Position numbers and translations under genes: made by a program. This document shows, piece after piece, positions 37,876-47,313 of a DNA stretch of 64,000 nt. This DNA comes from a virus, in the IMG/VR virus record IMGVR_UViG_3300042946_001661, positions 1 through 64,000 of that record. One strand, given 5' to 3'. The number at the start of each line of letters is the position of its first letter. Within the stretch, counting starts at the first letter, position 1. The notes under the pieces are model-generated. The model worked only from the letters and a program-made list of their open reading frames with translations. It was not told where the DNA came from and searched no databases.

Positions 37876-37912
37876 AAAAAAAAGCACCCAAAGTTATTTT
37901 GGGTGCTTTTTT
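37876..37912. terminator. Bidirectional intrinsic terminator
   Basis: A-tract, GCACCCAAA-GTTAT-TTTGGGTGC hairpin, T-tract, between convergent genes. Confidence 0.85.
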
Positions 37913-38019
37913 ATTTTTTCTAATCTAAGTTATTATACAATCAAATTTTTTCTATCACCCCCTTTCTGTGTATTAACTTAAGATTTTTTCTATTATTATT
38001 CATAAATAAACTAAGCTTT

Positions 38020-38652
38020 TTAGCTCCTGTTGGGTTCACATAAAAAATACATACATTCTATCTGACTAGAACAATGAAAACCTGCTACCTTAGAAAAGGT
38101 GGCATTTAGATAGTTTTCAAATTCTTTAAAATCCCATTCTCTAACGTGAGCGGGATTAATTGGCGGTCCTTGCCAAGACTTTTCTCCATAATTCATGAAT
38201 CTACTTCTTAATATTTCTCTGTCTGGTGTGGATATTACTAAATAATTATAGTCAAAAGAATTAATATATTCAATAAGATTATCTGGATCTATTATATGTT
38301 CAATTACATCTGCACAGATTATTATATCACATTTCTTATTAAAATTTGGAAAACTTTCTTCTGATTTTCCGCTATTAATCCACTCTCTATCTGGATAGTT
38401 GTTCTTGAGAAAAGAGAAACATGGTTCAGTTTCAATTCCAATTGTCCAGTTTTTTTCAAAATATTTTATTAATTTATATCCAGAACCACAACCTATATCA
38501 ATTACTGTGTTCAGGCTATTTTCATCTAAAAAACTTTTTGCAAATCTATATACCTCATCTTGAGCTTCATCAGAATAACTTCTATCATCATGATGTGTGG
38601 GATTAGGATTTATTTTATAATCTTTGTAAATAAAATAATTTTGTTTATTCAT
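38020..38652 (-). CDS. Class I SAM-dependent methyltransferase
   Basis: IDIGCGSG, DVIEH, ISTP, HVREW. Confidence 0.88.
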   Translation of the reverse strand: MNKQNYFIYKDYKINPNPTHHDDRSYSDEAQDEVYRFAKSFLDENSLNTVIDIGCGSGYKLIKYFEKNWTIGIETEPCFSFLKNNYPDREWINSGKSEESFPNFNKKCDIIICADVIEHIIDPDNLIEYINSFDYNYLVISTPDREILRSRFMNYGEKSWQGPPINPAHVREWDFKEFENYLNATFSKVAGFHCSSQIECMYFLCEPNRS

Positions 38653-39290
38653 AATGGAAAAAAGTTTGGATTGGTAAAAAAAACATTAATTTCATTGAAA
38701 TTAGAAACATCTATTGGCTCCCAAGTTTCTGGTCTTGGTCCCCAATCACTCGGTGCCATTTTTTCTATAATAAACCCTTTGTCAAACATCCATTTTTTAA
38801 CATCTTCAAGAGTATATTGATCTTTGTATAAGGTATTATTTTTGTAGTTTACAGTCTCCAAGACACCAGCTTTAACAATTTTATAAAAATTATTGAGACC
38901 AATTAAAACATTTAAATCATGACCTTGTGCATCACAATGAAGCCAATCTATTCTTTTTATATTATTTTCAATTATAAAGTTTTCTAGGGTTATTACATCT
39001 ACCTCTATTTTATCTATATTATCTAATTTAACATTATTCCAATTATTTTTTTCATTAATATCTGACAGAGAACTACAATCTTCAGATTTTAAAATATTAA
39101 ATGAATGTCTCCCAGAAAAATCACTTACTGCTTTACATGTTAAAGTATAATTAGGCAAATTTTTTATTTTTGAATTAATTATATTACAAAATCCTGGGTG
39201 TGGTTCAAAAGCAAAAACAAAATCGCCATTCATGGCTCTCCATATAGAATCTTCCCCATCATTTGCACCTATATCAAATACTATATTCAT
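38649..39290 (-). CDS. FkbM family methyltransferase
   Basis: FDIGAN.G, AFEP, AVS, ID.L..DAQG.D. Confidence 0.88.
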   Translation of the reverse strand: MNIVFDIGANDGEDSIWRAMNGDFVFAFEPHPGFCNIINSKIKNLPNYTLTCKAVSDFSGRHSFNILKSEDCSSLSDINEKNNWNNVKLDNIDKIEVDVITLENFIIENNIKRIDWLHCDAQGHDLNVLIGLNNFYKIVKAGVLETVNYKNNTLYKDQYTLEDVKKWMFDKGFIIEKMAPSDWGPRPETWEPIDVSNFNEINVFFTNPNFFPL

Positions 39291-39295
39291 ATTAA

Positions 39296-39559
39296 TTAAA
39301 TTTGATCTTCGCCCAACTTCTGTGTACTGGCTTGGGATTTTTTCCATTGCTCAAATTCTTCATAGATACTCTTAGCTTGATTATCAAGCTGTTTTAGTTC
39401 TTGTTGAGTTTTTTCATAAACTTGCTTAAAAGCTTCTTTTTTCTTTTTCTTTTCAGTATGTATTTCTGCAATTTTTTCAGAAAATTCTTGAAAATTATCA
39501 GTCAAAAGAAATTCTAGTTGCTTGTCAACTTCATCTTTCTTCTTTGGAAGATCTGTCAT
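39296..39559 (-). CDS. Small coiled-coil protein
   Basis: AGGAG SD. Confidence 0.7.
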   Translation of the reverse strand: MTDLPKKKDEVDKQLEFLLTDNFQEFSEKIAEIHTEKKKKKEAFKQVYEKTQQELKQLDNQAKSIYEEFEQWKKSQASTQKLGEDQI

Positions 39560-39581
39560 AGCCTACTCCTGAGTATAGTTG

Positions 39582-39830
39582 TTAGAAAATAAAAATTCTA
39601 CGAACATTAGAATTGTTTATATCATTTATTTTTGGAATCTTCAATGATATATTCATTACTTTGTCTGTTATATCTAATCCAGAATCAACTAGTTTTAGTT
39701 TGTAAAATATTTTTAATTCATCATCAGACAACATTGACATTAAATCTCCAAACGTTTTATCTTCAGTCCATGTTTCTACTACTTTATTGTCAATACTATT
39801 AAATATATTTATTAAATTTTCAATTTTCAT
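39582..39830 (-). CDS. Hypothetical protein
   Basis: Probable start ATG 39830 after GGAG. Confidence 0.55.
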   Translation of the reverse strand: MKIENLINIFNSIDNKVVETWTEDKTFGDLMSMLSDDELKIFYKLKLVDSGLDITDKVMNISLKIPKINDINNSNVRRIFIF

Positions 39831-39834
39831 AAAA

Positions 39835-40131
39835 TCAATCTGCTTCTCCATATATGTCTTTAGCAGTTCCCATTTTTGAATTTCTTTCTGCGATTCTTCG
39901 CTCTGTTTTTGCTTTTTCCATATTGTAGCCCGCCCTGTAACTAAAACTATCCCATTTGCTAGTGTCTCCGGGCGATGTAAAAGTTGTTCCAAAACTTGAT
40001 GGAATCTTTTCTTTAGATTTACTTCCACAAAATTCACATGCCACACCCTTATATTGATTTTTCGGATCATGACTCGTTAGGACTTCATATCTTTTTTTAC
40101 ATTTCTTACAAGAAAATTCGTAAATTGGAAT
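39835..40131 (-). CDS. FmdB-family zinc ribbon protein, predicted ATT start
   Basis: (M)PIYEFSCKKC...CEFCGS; in-frame TGA two codons upstream; AGGTGA SD. Confidence 0.8.
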   Translation of the reverse strand: MPIYEFSCKKCKKRYEVLTSHDPKNQYKGVACEFCGSKSKEKIPSSFGTTFTSPGDTSKWDSFSYRAGYNMEKAKTERRIAERNSKMGTAKDIYGEAD

Positions 40132-40138
40132 AATTCAC

Positions 40139-40414
40139 CTACTCTTTCATCTCTAGTGTTTCTATTAAAAACTTATATGTGTTTTTAATTTTATTTAATT
40201 TATATTCTTCTGAATAAAAAAACCAGAAAATATTACTTTTACAAAATTTAAAACATTCAAATAATATTTTTGATTTTAAATTTTGTTCTAAAATATGAAG
40301 ATGAAAACCATCAATTGCAGTCTGTTGAGAAAGTATGCTTTCATATTCTCCTTCATCTATAAATCGATCATCATCTTCATATTCATCATCATCGTTATCG
40401 TCTATAAATCTCAT
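40139..40414 (-). CDS. Hypothetical protein with acidic N-terminus
   Basis: ATGA-coupled ORF. Confidence 0.65.
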   Translation of the reverse strand: MRFIDDNDDDEYEDDDRFIDEGEYESILSQQTAIDGFHLHILEQNLKSKILFECFKFCKSNIFWFFYSEEYKLNKIKNTYKFLIETLEMKE

Positions 40415-40926
40415 TTTTTTTTCCTTGTAAAATCGGAATGATCTTTCAGTTTTAAATGTTTTTTAGCAAGAAAGTAAACATGTTTTAAAAATTGTTTAGG
40501 AGTTTTGATGTTTGAATCCAAATACTCTGGAGATATCTGGAATGCAAAGTTTTCTACACTTTCGTCCCAAATTACACAAACAATATCTTTTTTAGATAAT
40601 TCTTGTAAAACATTAGAACAAACTCTTATGCTTAAATCTCTAACTATTTGAGAAAATTCTTCAAACTTTATAACTTGTCCTACGTGGGTTTCATGTATAA
40701 AACCTTTAAAAATAACATCCGATTCTTTTTCTGGAAGGAGGTATTTTAACTCATCTTTAAATTTTTTAGTAGCTTTAAACTTATCGTTATCTAGATTTGG
40801 AAGTTTTTTATTGTTATTAGTGTATATAAAATGCCAATAAGCTATATGTCTTATTTTTTCGTGAACTAAATCGTAGTCGTCTATAACTATGACTTTTTCA
40901 TCTTCCTCATCCTCTTCGTCAAACAT
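40411..40926 (-). CDS. Hypothetical protein
   Basis: Probable start ATG 40926 after AAGGA. Confidence 0.65.
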   Translation of the reverse strand: MFDEEDEEDEKVIVIDDYDLVHEKIRHIAYWHFIYTNNNKKLPNLDNDKFKATKKFKDELKYLLPEKESDVIFKGFIHETHVGQVIKFEEFSQIVRDLSIRVCSNVLQELSKKDIVCVIWDESVENFAFQISPEYLDSNIKTPKQFLKHVYFLAKKHLKLKDHSDFTRKKK

Positions 40927-40942
40927 AAAATTTATTTCCTTA

Positions 40943-41599
40943 TCAATTATTAGAGATAATTTTATTAAAATTTTCAGATAATTCTTTATAAGGAGCAAAA
41001 ATTTTATTTTTGTCCAATCCTTTATAAAAAGGTCCATAAATAAAATCAGAAATCAAATAAGCTTGAATTTCATCTTTTAATACTTTTTTACAATATCCCA
41101 TTGATAATAAATTTTTACACATATTATTAAATGTTTTTTTATCTATTTTTGATATAATTTTATTTACTTCTTTTTTATAAGAAGAATTTAAATAATAAAA
41201 AGCATGACACATTTCATGTTTATAATCACACTTTTTACTTTCATCTATTCCTATTATGTAAGCTTTTTTATCTTTTATTGTATCTTTAATATTATTAATT
41301 ATTTCTTTAAAAACTTCATCATAAACATTTTCTACTTTGTTCAATTCATAGCAGTTCTCAGCAACCTCTAGAGGAAAGTTGTAACCAGACCAATCAAATG
41401 GATATGTAAATCCATTATACTCTCTGCTATACCATTCGATGTAGTCCCATATACTAAATATTTTATTTCTAAACTTAAAGTTAGGAGATTCATAATATTC
41501 TTGAACTCTACAAAATAACATTCCTCTATCATATCTATCTTTTACAGATATCATGAACACACAAGGCTTAACTTGTTTTATTTTAAATTTAATTGTCAT
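40943..41599 (-). CDS. HExxH-containing hypothetical protein
   Basis: RVQEYYESP, WSGYN.P, HEMCH, DEIQAY. Confidence 0.65.
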   Translation of the reverse strand: MTIKFKIKQVKPCVFMISVKDRYDRGMLFCRVQEYYESPNFKFRNKIFSIWDYIEWYSREYNGFTYPFDWSGYNFPLEVAENCYELNKVENVYDEVFKEIINNIKDTIKDKKAYIIGIDESKKCDYKHEMCHAFYYLNSSYKKEVNKIISKIDKKTFNNMCKNLLSMGYCKKVLKDEIQAYLISDFIYGPFYKGLDKNKIFAPYKELSENFNKIISNN

Positions 41600-42954
41600 A
41601 GTAGTTTTATTTTTTCAGTTGTTGATATACATTCTTTTGTAGGACATATAACAACTTCTGAAATTCCATATCCAACAACGTCTTCTGGTTTATAGTCTCC
41701 ACCCTTAACTATAGTATCAGGTTTTATTGATTTAATCAAATCTATTGGTGTTTCTTCTTTAAAGCTTAAAATAAAATCTACACATTCTATTGATGACAAA
41801 ATGTCTATCCTGTCATCTAGGCGTAGTATTGGTCTATTTTCACCTTTTAAATTTCTAACACTCTCATCACTATTCAAAGCAACTACAAGTTTATCTCCTT
41901 GAGATTTTGCAAATTTTAAACACTCTATATGTCCGGCTGTTAATCCTGCATCGAAGCAGCCATTTGTAAAAACAAGTTTAAAATCTCTTTGAGATAACAA
42001 ATCTTTATCAACAACTTTAGTGTTTAAAATTTTATAAAAATCTAAATATGATAAATTAGAATTATTGTTTTTTGTTACATAAAAATAGCTTATGTTAAAA
42101 CTTATTTCTGCTGCTTGGTGTATAGTAAATCCTAAAAGGAGTCCAAGTGTTAAATAGCTTATAAAACAATCTCCTCCTCCAATTACGCTAACTTTTGATT
42201 CTTTTTTTCCACTTTCATATTTAAAAAAATTATTTTCATGATCCATTCCATAAAAACCATTATAGGAATCTGTTATCAGTACATTTTTACAGTATAAATT
42301 TTCTTTAAAATATTTACATTGTAAAAATGGATCTTTTTGTTTACTTAAACTTAACGCCTCACTTCTATTTGGCTTAAATACATCGCAATTTATCCATTTT
42401 TCTAGTGGTCCGTGTTTAGGATCTACAATTGATAGTGCATATTTATAATTAATATTATTTGAAAAAACTCCTTTAGAATAATCAGAAAAAATGCAAGCAT
42501 CTGCCCCACTATTTTTCAATCTCTTCAATAGTTTGTCTTGATAAAAACCTATATTCTCTATTCCGAAATTATTTTGTTCTACATCCCATCTAAACAAAGG
42601 AAATGAATTGTTATAAAATCTTTTTTTTCTTGGAATTTTATTTGGATGAGGTATGACTATGCAGCTTTCAACATCTATTTTATTTTTTACATATTGTTCG
42701 TATGCAAAACCATCAAGAAGACTATAGAACAATACTTTTATATTATTAAAATTTAATAATTGTCTACAAACATTTCCTGCTCCTCCTGGTAGTATTGTTT
42801 CTGGATCATCACTTGCTGTTAAACTTACTGGGATAGGAAACTCTGGGCTGATTCTATTACTCACCACATTATAGTATTCATCAAGAATACTATCTCCGAA
42901 AACAGCTATTTTAAGATTAGATTTTCTAAGTTTATTAAAAAATTCTTGAATCAT
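41596..42954 (-). CDS. hldE: Bifunctional heptose-7-phosphate kinase / heptose-1-phosphate nucleotidyltransferase
   Basis: GD..LDEY, RISPE.P, GGAGNV, SDY.KG, VDPK, KPN..E; FTNGCFD..GH, LNSD.SV..LKG..RP, KGGDY, STT. Confidence 0.92.
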   Translation of the reverse strand: MIQEFFNKLRKSNLKIAVFGDSILDEYYNVVSNRISPEFPIPVSLTASDDPETILPGGAGNVCRQLLNFNNIKVLFYSLLDGFAYEQYVKNKIDVESCIVIPHPNKIPRKKRFYNNSFPLFRWDVEQNNFGIENIGFYQDKLLKRLKNSGADACIFSDYSKGVFSNNINYKYALSIVDPKHGPLEKWINCDVFKPNRSEALSLSKQKDPFLQCKYFKENLYCKNVLITDSYNGFYGMDHENNFFKYESGKKESKVSVIGGGDCFISYLTLGLLLGFTIHQAAEISFNISYFYVTKNNNSNLSYLDFYKILNTKVVDKDLLSQRDFKLVFTNGCFDAGLTAGHIECLKFAKSQGDKLVVALNSDESVRNLKGENRPILRLDDRIDILSSIECVDFILSFKEETPIDLIKSIKPDTIVKGGDYKPEDVVGYGISEVVICPTKECISTTEKIKLL

Positions 42955-43604
42955 ATATTCCAGTCTTGATCAAAGCCTCCTAATGCTTCAGCAACTGTTG
43001 GTAGTTGTTCGCAAAAAATTTGCTTACACTCTTTTGCAATAACCATGTGTTCTTTTTGAGTTCCATTTTTTTCTCTAAGCGAGATGTATGTTATCCAACT
43101 ACGAATAGTAGCGTTTGCATAAAGCCTTGTTGGTGTTGCTAAAGGTAAAACAAATCTAGCACACTCTTTGGCTATTCCGTCTTCTATCATCCCGTCATAT
43201 ATTGCTTTAGATTTAGCTAGATGTTCTCTGATTTTTGTATTCCATTTTGATTTAATCTCGTCACTTACATCATCTATACTATTTTGACGGTTTTTATTAT
43301 CTTGACTACGTAATTCAAAAAGTGGAATATCATCACACAATAATGTTGTGTCCGAATATCTTTGGCTAAATTCTTGGAAATTCATGCTTCTATGTCTTAG
43401 AATTTGAGCAGCTAATCCTCTTGTTGTGTTAATTTCTAAACACATGTTAGCCATTTCAAATATACTCCAATGTCTATTTTTTATACAATAAGATAATAGT
43501 TTAGAATAATTTTCATTATCTTGGTTGTTTGGATTGCTTACCCTCGCACAATAAGCCATTATTTTTTCAGCATCGGGAGTTATTGTTTTAAATTTTACAA
43601 TCAT
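42951..43604 (-). CDS. thyX: FAD-dependent thymidylate synthase
   Basis: HWSIFE, QILRHRS..FQEFSQRY, ECARFVLP, TQKEH. Confidence 0.95.
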   Translation of the reverse strand: MIVKFKTITPDAEKIMAYCARVSNPNNQDNENYSKLLSYCIKNRHWSIFEMANMCLEINTTRGLAAQILRHRSMNFQEFSQRYSDTTLLCDDIPLFELRSQDNKNRQNSIDDVSDEIKSKWNTKIREHLAKSKAIYDGMIEDGIAKECARFVLPLATPTRLYANATIRSWITYISLREKNGTQKEHMVIAKECKQIFCEQLPTVAEALGGFDQDWNI

Positions 43605-43641
43605 TTTTTGCTCCATTGTTAAATGCAATTGTAGCAAAAAA

Positions 43642-44169
43642 TTATATTACGTTCAAAGTTCTTGATCCATCTCCAGCCATAGGTGGGGCGTTGTAATTAT
43701 CTACTCCTGTTTCCATTCCTGGATTTACTGGGTCCGCCTCTTTCATATTGGAAGATTGCTTTTTTAAATCATTGTTTATTGAATCTTCTGGTTTGGGTAG
43801 TCCATCTTCTTGCTTTTGGTTAACCTTATTTAAGGTTGATCCCTTTCCAGAAACTAAACTTTCTAGCTCTTTAATACAACTCATTATTAAAGCTTTTGTG
43901 TCTATGTTAAAAGTTGGAGTTTGAGGATCTAAATATTTCATTAGATTTATAGCAATTTTTTGAACAGTTTTTAAATATACAGGATTTGCTTTTGTTTTTA
44001 ACAAAGGTCTCATTCTATTTACAACATTCATTAAATAATCATCGGTATCTTTTTTACTCATAACTCCAGAATCTTCATATATTGTTTGAAGAGCTGTAAG
44101 TATGTCTCCAACCTTAACAATAAAATAATTTTCATTATTTTCTTTTAATAAAAATTCTTTAAATCTCAT
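43642..44169 (-). CDS. Hypothetical protein with capsid-targeting-like N-terminus
   Basis: MRFKEFLLKE; TATATATA box 5 nt upstream. Confidence 0.7.
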   Translation of the reverse strand: MRFKEFLLKENNENYFIVKVGDILTALQTIYEDSGVMSKKDTDDYLMNVVNRMRPLLKTKANPVYLKTVQKIAINLMKYLDPQTPTFNIDTKALIMSCIKELESLVSGKGSTLNKVNQKQEDGLPKPEDSINNDLKKQSSNMKEADPVNPGMETGVDNYNAPPMAGDGSRTLNVI

Positions 44170-44210
44170 AAAAATATATATACCTACAGGAATATTTCCT
44201 GCCAGGATTT

Positions 44211-44630
44211 TTATTTGCCTGTTGATCCAAAACCACCAGAACCTCTATTTGTTTCTTGTAATTTATCCGATAATTCAAATTCAAAATTATAATGTGCTTC
44301 AATTATTAATTGAGCTATTTTATCTCCAATATTGACAACATATTCTTTATTATCTGTATTAAATAGTATCACTCCTAATTCTCCTCTATAGGAGCTATCG
44401 ATTACTCCAGCAAGAACATCAATTCCATTTTTAAAAGCAAGTCCAGATCTAGGAGCTATTCTTCCATAATAATTTTCTGGAATTTCTATGGATACCCCAG
44501 TTTTTACCAATGCTCTTGATAAAGATGGAATTAAAACTTTTTCTACCGAATATAAATCTGCCCCCGCATCTGTTGCGTTTGCCCGACTTGGAATCTTAGC
44601 CAGTTCATGTAGTTTTTTAACTTTTATCAT
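44211..44630 (-). CDS. dut: dUTPase
   Basis: AGADL, RSGLA, GVID..YRGE, AQL, RGSGGFGSTG. Confidence 0.97.
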   Translation of the reverse strand: MIKVKKLHELAKIPSRANATDAGADLYSVEKVLIPSLSRALVKTGVSIEIPENYYGRIAPRSGLAFKNGIDVLAGVIDSSYRGELGVILFNTDNKEYVVNIGDKIAQLIIEAHYNFEFELSDKLQETNRGSGGFGSTGK

Positions 44631-44636
44631 TTTAAA

Positions 44637-44849
44637 TTACTCCTTGTTTAATTTCCGAATCTCTATTGTTTTTTTAAAATCAATTTCATGCTTAGCTAAA
44701 AGCGAATTAACAACAACGTGATAATTATTTGCAAATGCATACCCTAGTCTATAGCCTTCTATGTGGGCTTGTTTTAATAAATTTTCAATTTCTTCTTTAT
44801 TCACTTTTTTTATTCCTACTCCCTCGTTTCCGGTAGCTCCTTTTATCAT
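44637..44849 (-). CDS. Hypothetical protein
   Basis: ORF. Confidence 0.5.
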   Translation of the reverse strand: MIKGATGNEGVGIKKVNKEEIENLLKQAHIEGYRLGYAFANNYHVVVNSLLAKHEIDFKKTIEIRKLNKE

Positions 44850-45126
44850 TTAACTTTTTATCTAGAAGCATGGTTATATTATACAAACCTATACCTGCAA
44901 ATAAAAATAAAATAGGAATTGTTATCTTCCAAAATATTAAAATATAAATAAAAATCCAAGCTAGTAGTGGGAATTCATCAAGATTTCCAGCAGCGTCTAG
45001 TGTTAGGGCTATAATAGGAAACAAAATAATAAAAGGAAGAACAATATAATTAAAAATTTTTATTAAAAATTTAAAAAACAACCTCAACATTGAAGCTAGA
45101 TCGGCTATAAAATCAGATAGTTTCAT
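44797..45126 (-). CDS. Membrane protein
   Basis: Two to three hydrophobic segments. Confidence 0.6.
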   Translation of the reverse strand: MKLSDFIADLASMLRLFFKFLIKIFNYIVLPFIILFPIIALTLDAAGNLDEFPLLAWIFIYILIFWKITIPILFLFAGIGLYNITMLLDKKLNDKRSYRKRGSRNKKSE

Positions 45127-45610
45127 TAAAAATTTTCCATTCTTTTAATTTTTGTTTTTTTAATATGTAGTTTAAAGGTCCTCCATGCCTTAAAAATCTT
45201 TTTTCAGCTTGTTTTACCTTATCTTTTGAAGCCCAACCTACAATCTCTACCAATCTTAAATTAATTTCAGGATTATAAGCACAAAGAACATAGCCTTGAG
45301 CATTCTCATTAAAGTGATGGACTTCCACTCTTAGATAAGGATCATTAAGATATGTGGTAGTTTTTACACTCCATTTTCCATCAGGCAAATCAATTCCATC
45401 ATCTCCATGATTATCAAATATTCTAGTGTCTATTTCAACACCAATACTTTTAGCCACAGCATATTCGCCAGCTAAGCCAATAAAATGAGCTCTTGCACTT
45501 CCTTGCTTTCCTCCATATGTCATAGATCCAAATCTATGTTTTTTTTCATTTCTTTGCTTTGTGATATCTCTAAGAAAATAGAGATCATAATTTTTAAGAT
45601 TAATAATCAT
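45113..45610 (-). CDS. PD-(D/E)xK-like hypothetical protein
   Basis: G..GE.AV, D.GID, SVKT, GW pattern. Confidence 0.55.
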   Translation of the reverse strand: MIINLKNYDLYFLRDITKQRNEKKHRFGSMTYGGKQGSARAHFIGLAGEYAVAKSIGVEIDTRIFDNHGDDGIDLPDGKWSVKTTTYLNDPYLRVEVHHFNENAQGYVLCAYNPEINLRLVEIVGWASKDKVKQAEKRFLRHGGPLNYILKKQKLKEWKIFNETI

Positions 45611-45612
45611 AA

Positions 45613-47268
45613 TTATGATTCACAACTTGAACAGGTTAAAATAGATCTGGCTAATTCTTGGGCTGGGTTTGCACTTCTTTGATAGTAGAAAGTTTTAATC
45701 CCCATCTCCCAACCCTCTATTAATAGGGAATTAACTTCCTTTGGAGGTGTGTTAGGAGGAATCATTAAGTTTAAAGATTGAGACTGGTCGATGTATTTTT
45801 GTCTTTGAGAAGCTTGGATGACTATTTCTTTTTGACTAATTTCTCCAAAAGTCTTAAAAACATCTTTTTCTTCTTGGGTAAGAAAATCTAAATGTTGTAC
45901 TGATCCACCTCTAATCAAGATAGTCTTCCATGTATCATCATTATGTTGATCATATTTTTTAAGAATTTCTTTCAAATATGGATTTTTATAAGTAAACTTT
46001 CCTTTTGCAAGATTTTTAACAAAATAGTTACTATTTAAAGGCTCTATACTGGGGCTTACCTGCCCTAGTATAAAGCTACTTGAAGTTGTAGGGGCAACAG
46101 CCAAAGTGGTCACATTTCGTCTACCATAGCCTTTAAGAAGATCTGGTTCTCCGTATTCCTTAGCCATATCTTCTGTAGCCTTATCTGCTCTTTGTCTAAT
46201 AGTTTTCCAAATTTCAACATTAAGAAGCTTGGCTTGCATCGACTCGAATGCAATCATTTTAGATTGCAAAAATGAATGCCAACCTAAAACGCCCATCCCT
46301 AATGCTCTTTGGTTTTTTGCGAAATTATGGGCAGCCTCCATATATTTCACACCTTCAGTTTTTTGAACAAATTCCTCATTAACAGCATCAAGAAAATAAA
46401 CCAATGTTTCTACAGCATCGGTATCTTTGATTTCATCCCAATGAAGTAAATTAAGACTGGATAAAACACATACAAAAGAGTTGTTTTCATCAGATACAAG
46501 ACTTATTTCAGAGCACAAATTACTACTTTTTATCTTTAGTTTATTATCTTTATAAACTTTTGGTGCTGCTTTGTTTACATTATCAGTAAACATTATATAA
46601 GGATAACCTGTTTCAAATCTTTTCTGTATTACTTTAGCCCAAATTTTTCTTTTGTCTTTGTCTCCATCAACAAGATCTTTCATGAATTTATCAGTAACAG
46701 TAACACCAATACTCATATTTTGAATAGAATGTCCTTCAGATCTAATCTGGAGGAACTCTTCGATATCGGTGTGCTCTACAGGAAGATAAGCTGCAAAACT
46801 TCCTCTGCGTGCTGACCCTTGACTAACTACATTTGCAACCTTGTCAAATATTTCCATAAAATGAACAGCACCACTAGATTCTCCGCCAACACTAATAGGA
46901 GTCCCTCTGGCTCTTAGATCTCCGAAATATCCGCTGGTTCCTCCTCCTAATTTAGACATCATTCCCACTTCAGCAGTTTTAGTGAGAATAGACTCCATAG
47001 TATCAGATACATGCGAGTTAAAACAACTTACAGGCAATCCTCTTTTATTTCCAAAATTGGTCCATATTGGTGTTGCAAGACTATAAAAGCCTTTTGACAT
47101 ATAGTTTTGGAATTTTTCAGAAAATCCTTTTATTTTAAGTATTTTCTCTGCATTGTCTGCTATTTGTTTGATTCTTTCTTCAGGTGATACACCTTCTTCC
47201 AGGTAACCTCTTTCGAGAAATAATCGACTATGGGAATTGAGCCAATAATAATCTTTGTTTGCTGTCAT
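45613..47268 (-). CDS. nrdA: Class I ribonucleotide reductase alpha subunit (no ATP cone)
   Basis: TP, PVSCF, GGG, SNLCSE, APT.SSS, YY, C-terminal CSSC. Confidence 0.96.
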   Translation of the reverse strand: MTANKDYYWLNSHSRLFLERGYLEEGVSPEERIKQIADNAEKILKIKGFSEKFQNYMSKGFYSLATPIWTNFGNKRGLPVSCFNSHVSDTMESILTKTAEVGMMSKLGGGTSGYFGDLRARGTPISVGGESSGAVHFMEIFDKVANVVSQGSARRGSFAAYLPVEHTDIEEFLQIRSEGHSIQNMSIGVTVTDKFMKDLVDGDKDKRKIWAKVIQKRFETGYPYIMFTDNVNKAAPKVYKDNKLKIKSSNLCSEISLVSDENNSFVCVLSSLNLLHWDEIKDTDAVETLVYFLDAVNEEFVQKTEGVKYMEAAHNFAKNQRALGMGVLGWHSFLQSKMIAFESMQAKLLNVEIWKTIRQRADKATEDMAKEYGEPDLLKGYGRRNVTTLAVAPTTSSSFILGQVSPSIEPLNSNYFVKNLAKGKFTYKNPYLKEILKKYDQHNDDTWKTILIRGGSVQHLDFLTQEEKDVFKTFGEISQKEIVIQASQRQKYIDQSQSLNLMIPPNTPPKEVNSLLIEGWEMGIKTFYYQRSANPAQELARSILTCSSCES

Positions 47269-47313
47269 TTTTGTGCTTTCTGGGTGTTTTATTATACCGT
47301 AGATTATTTAAAA

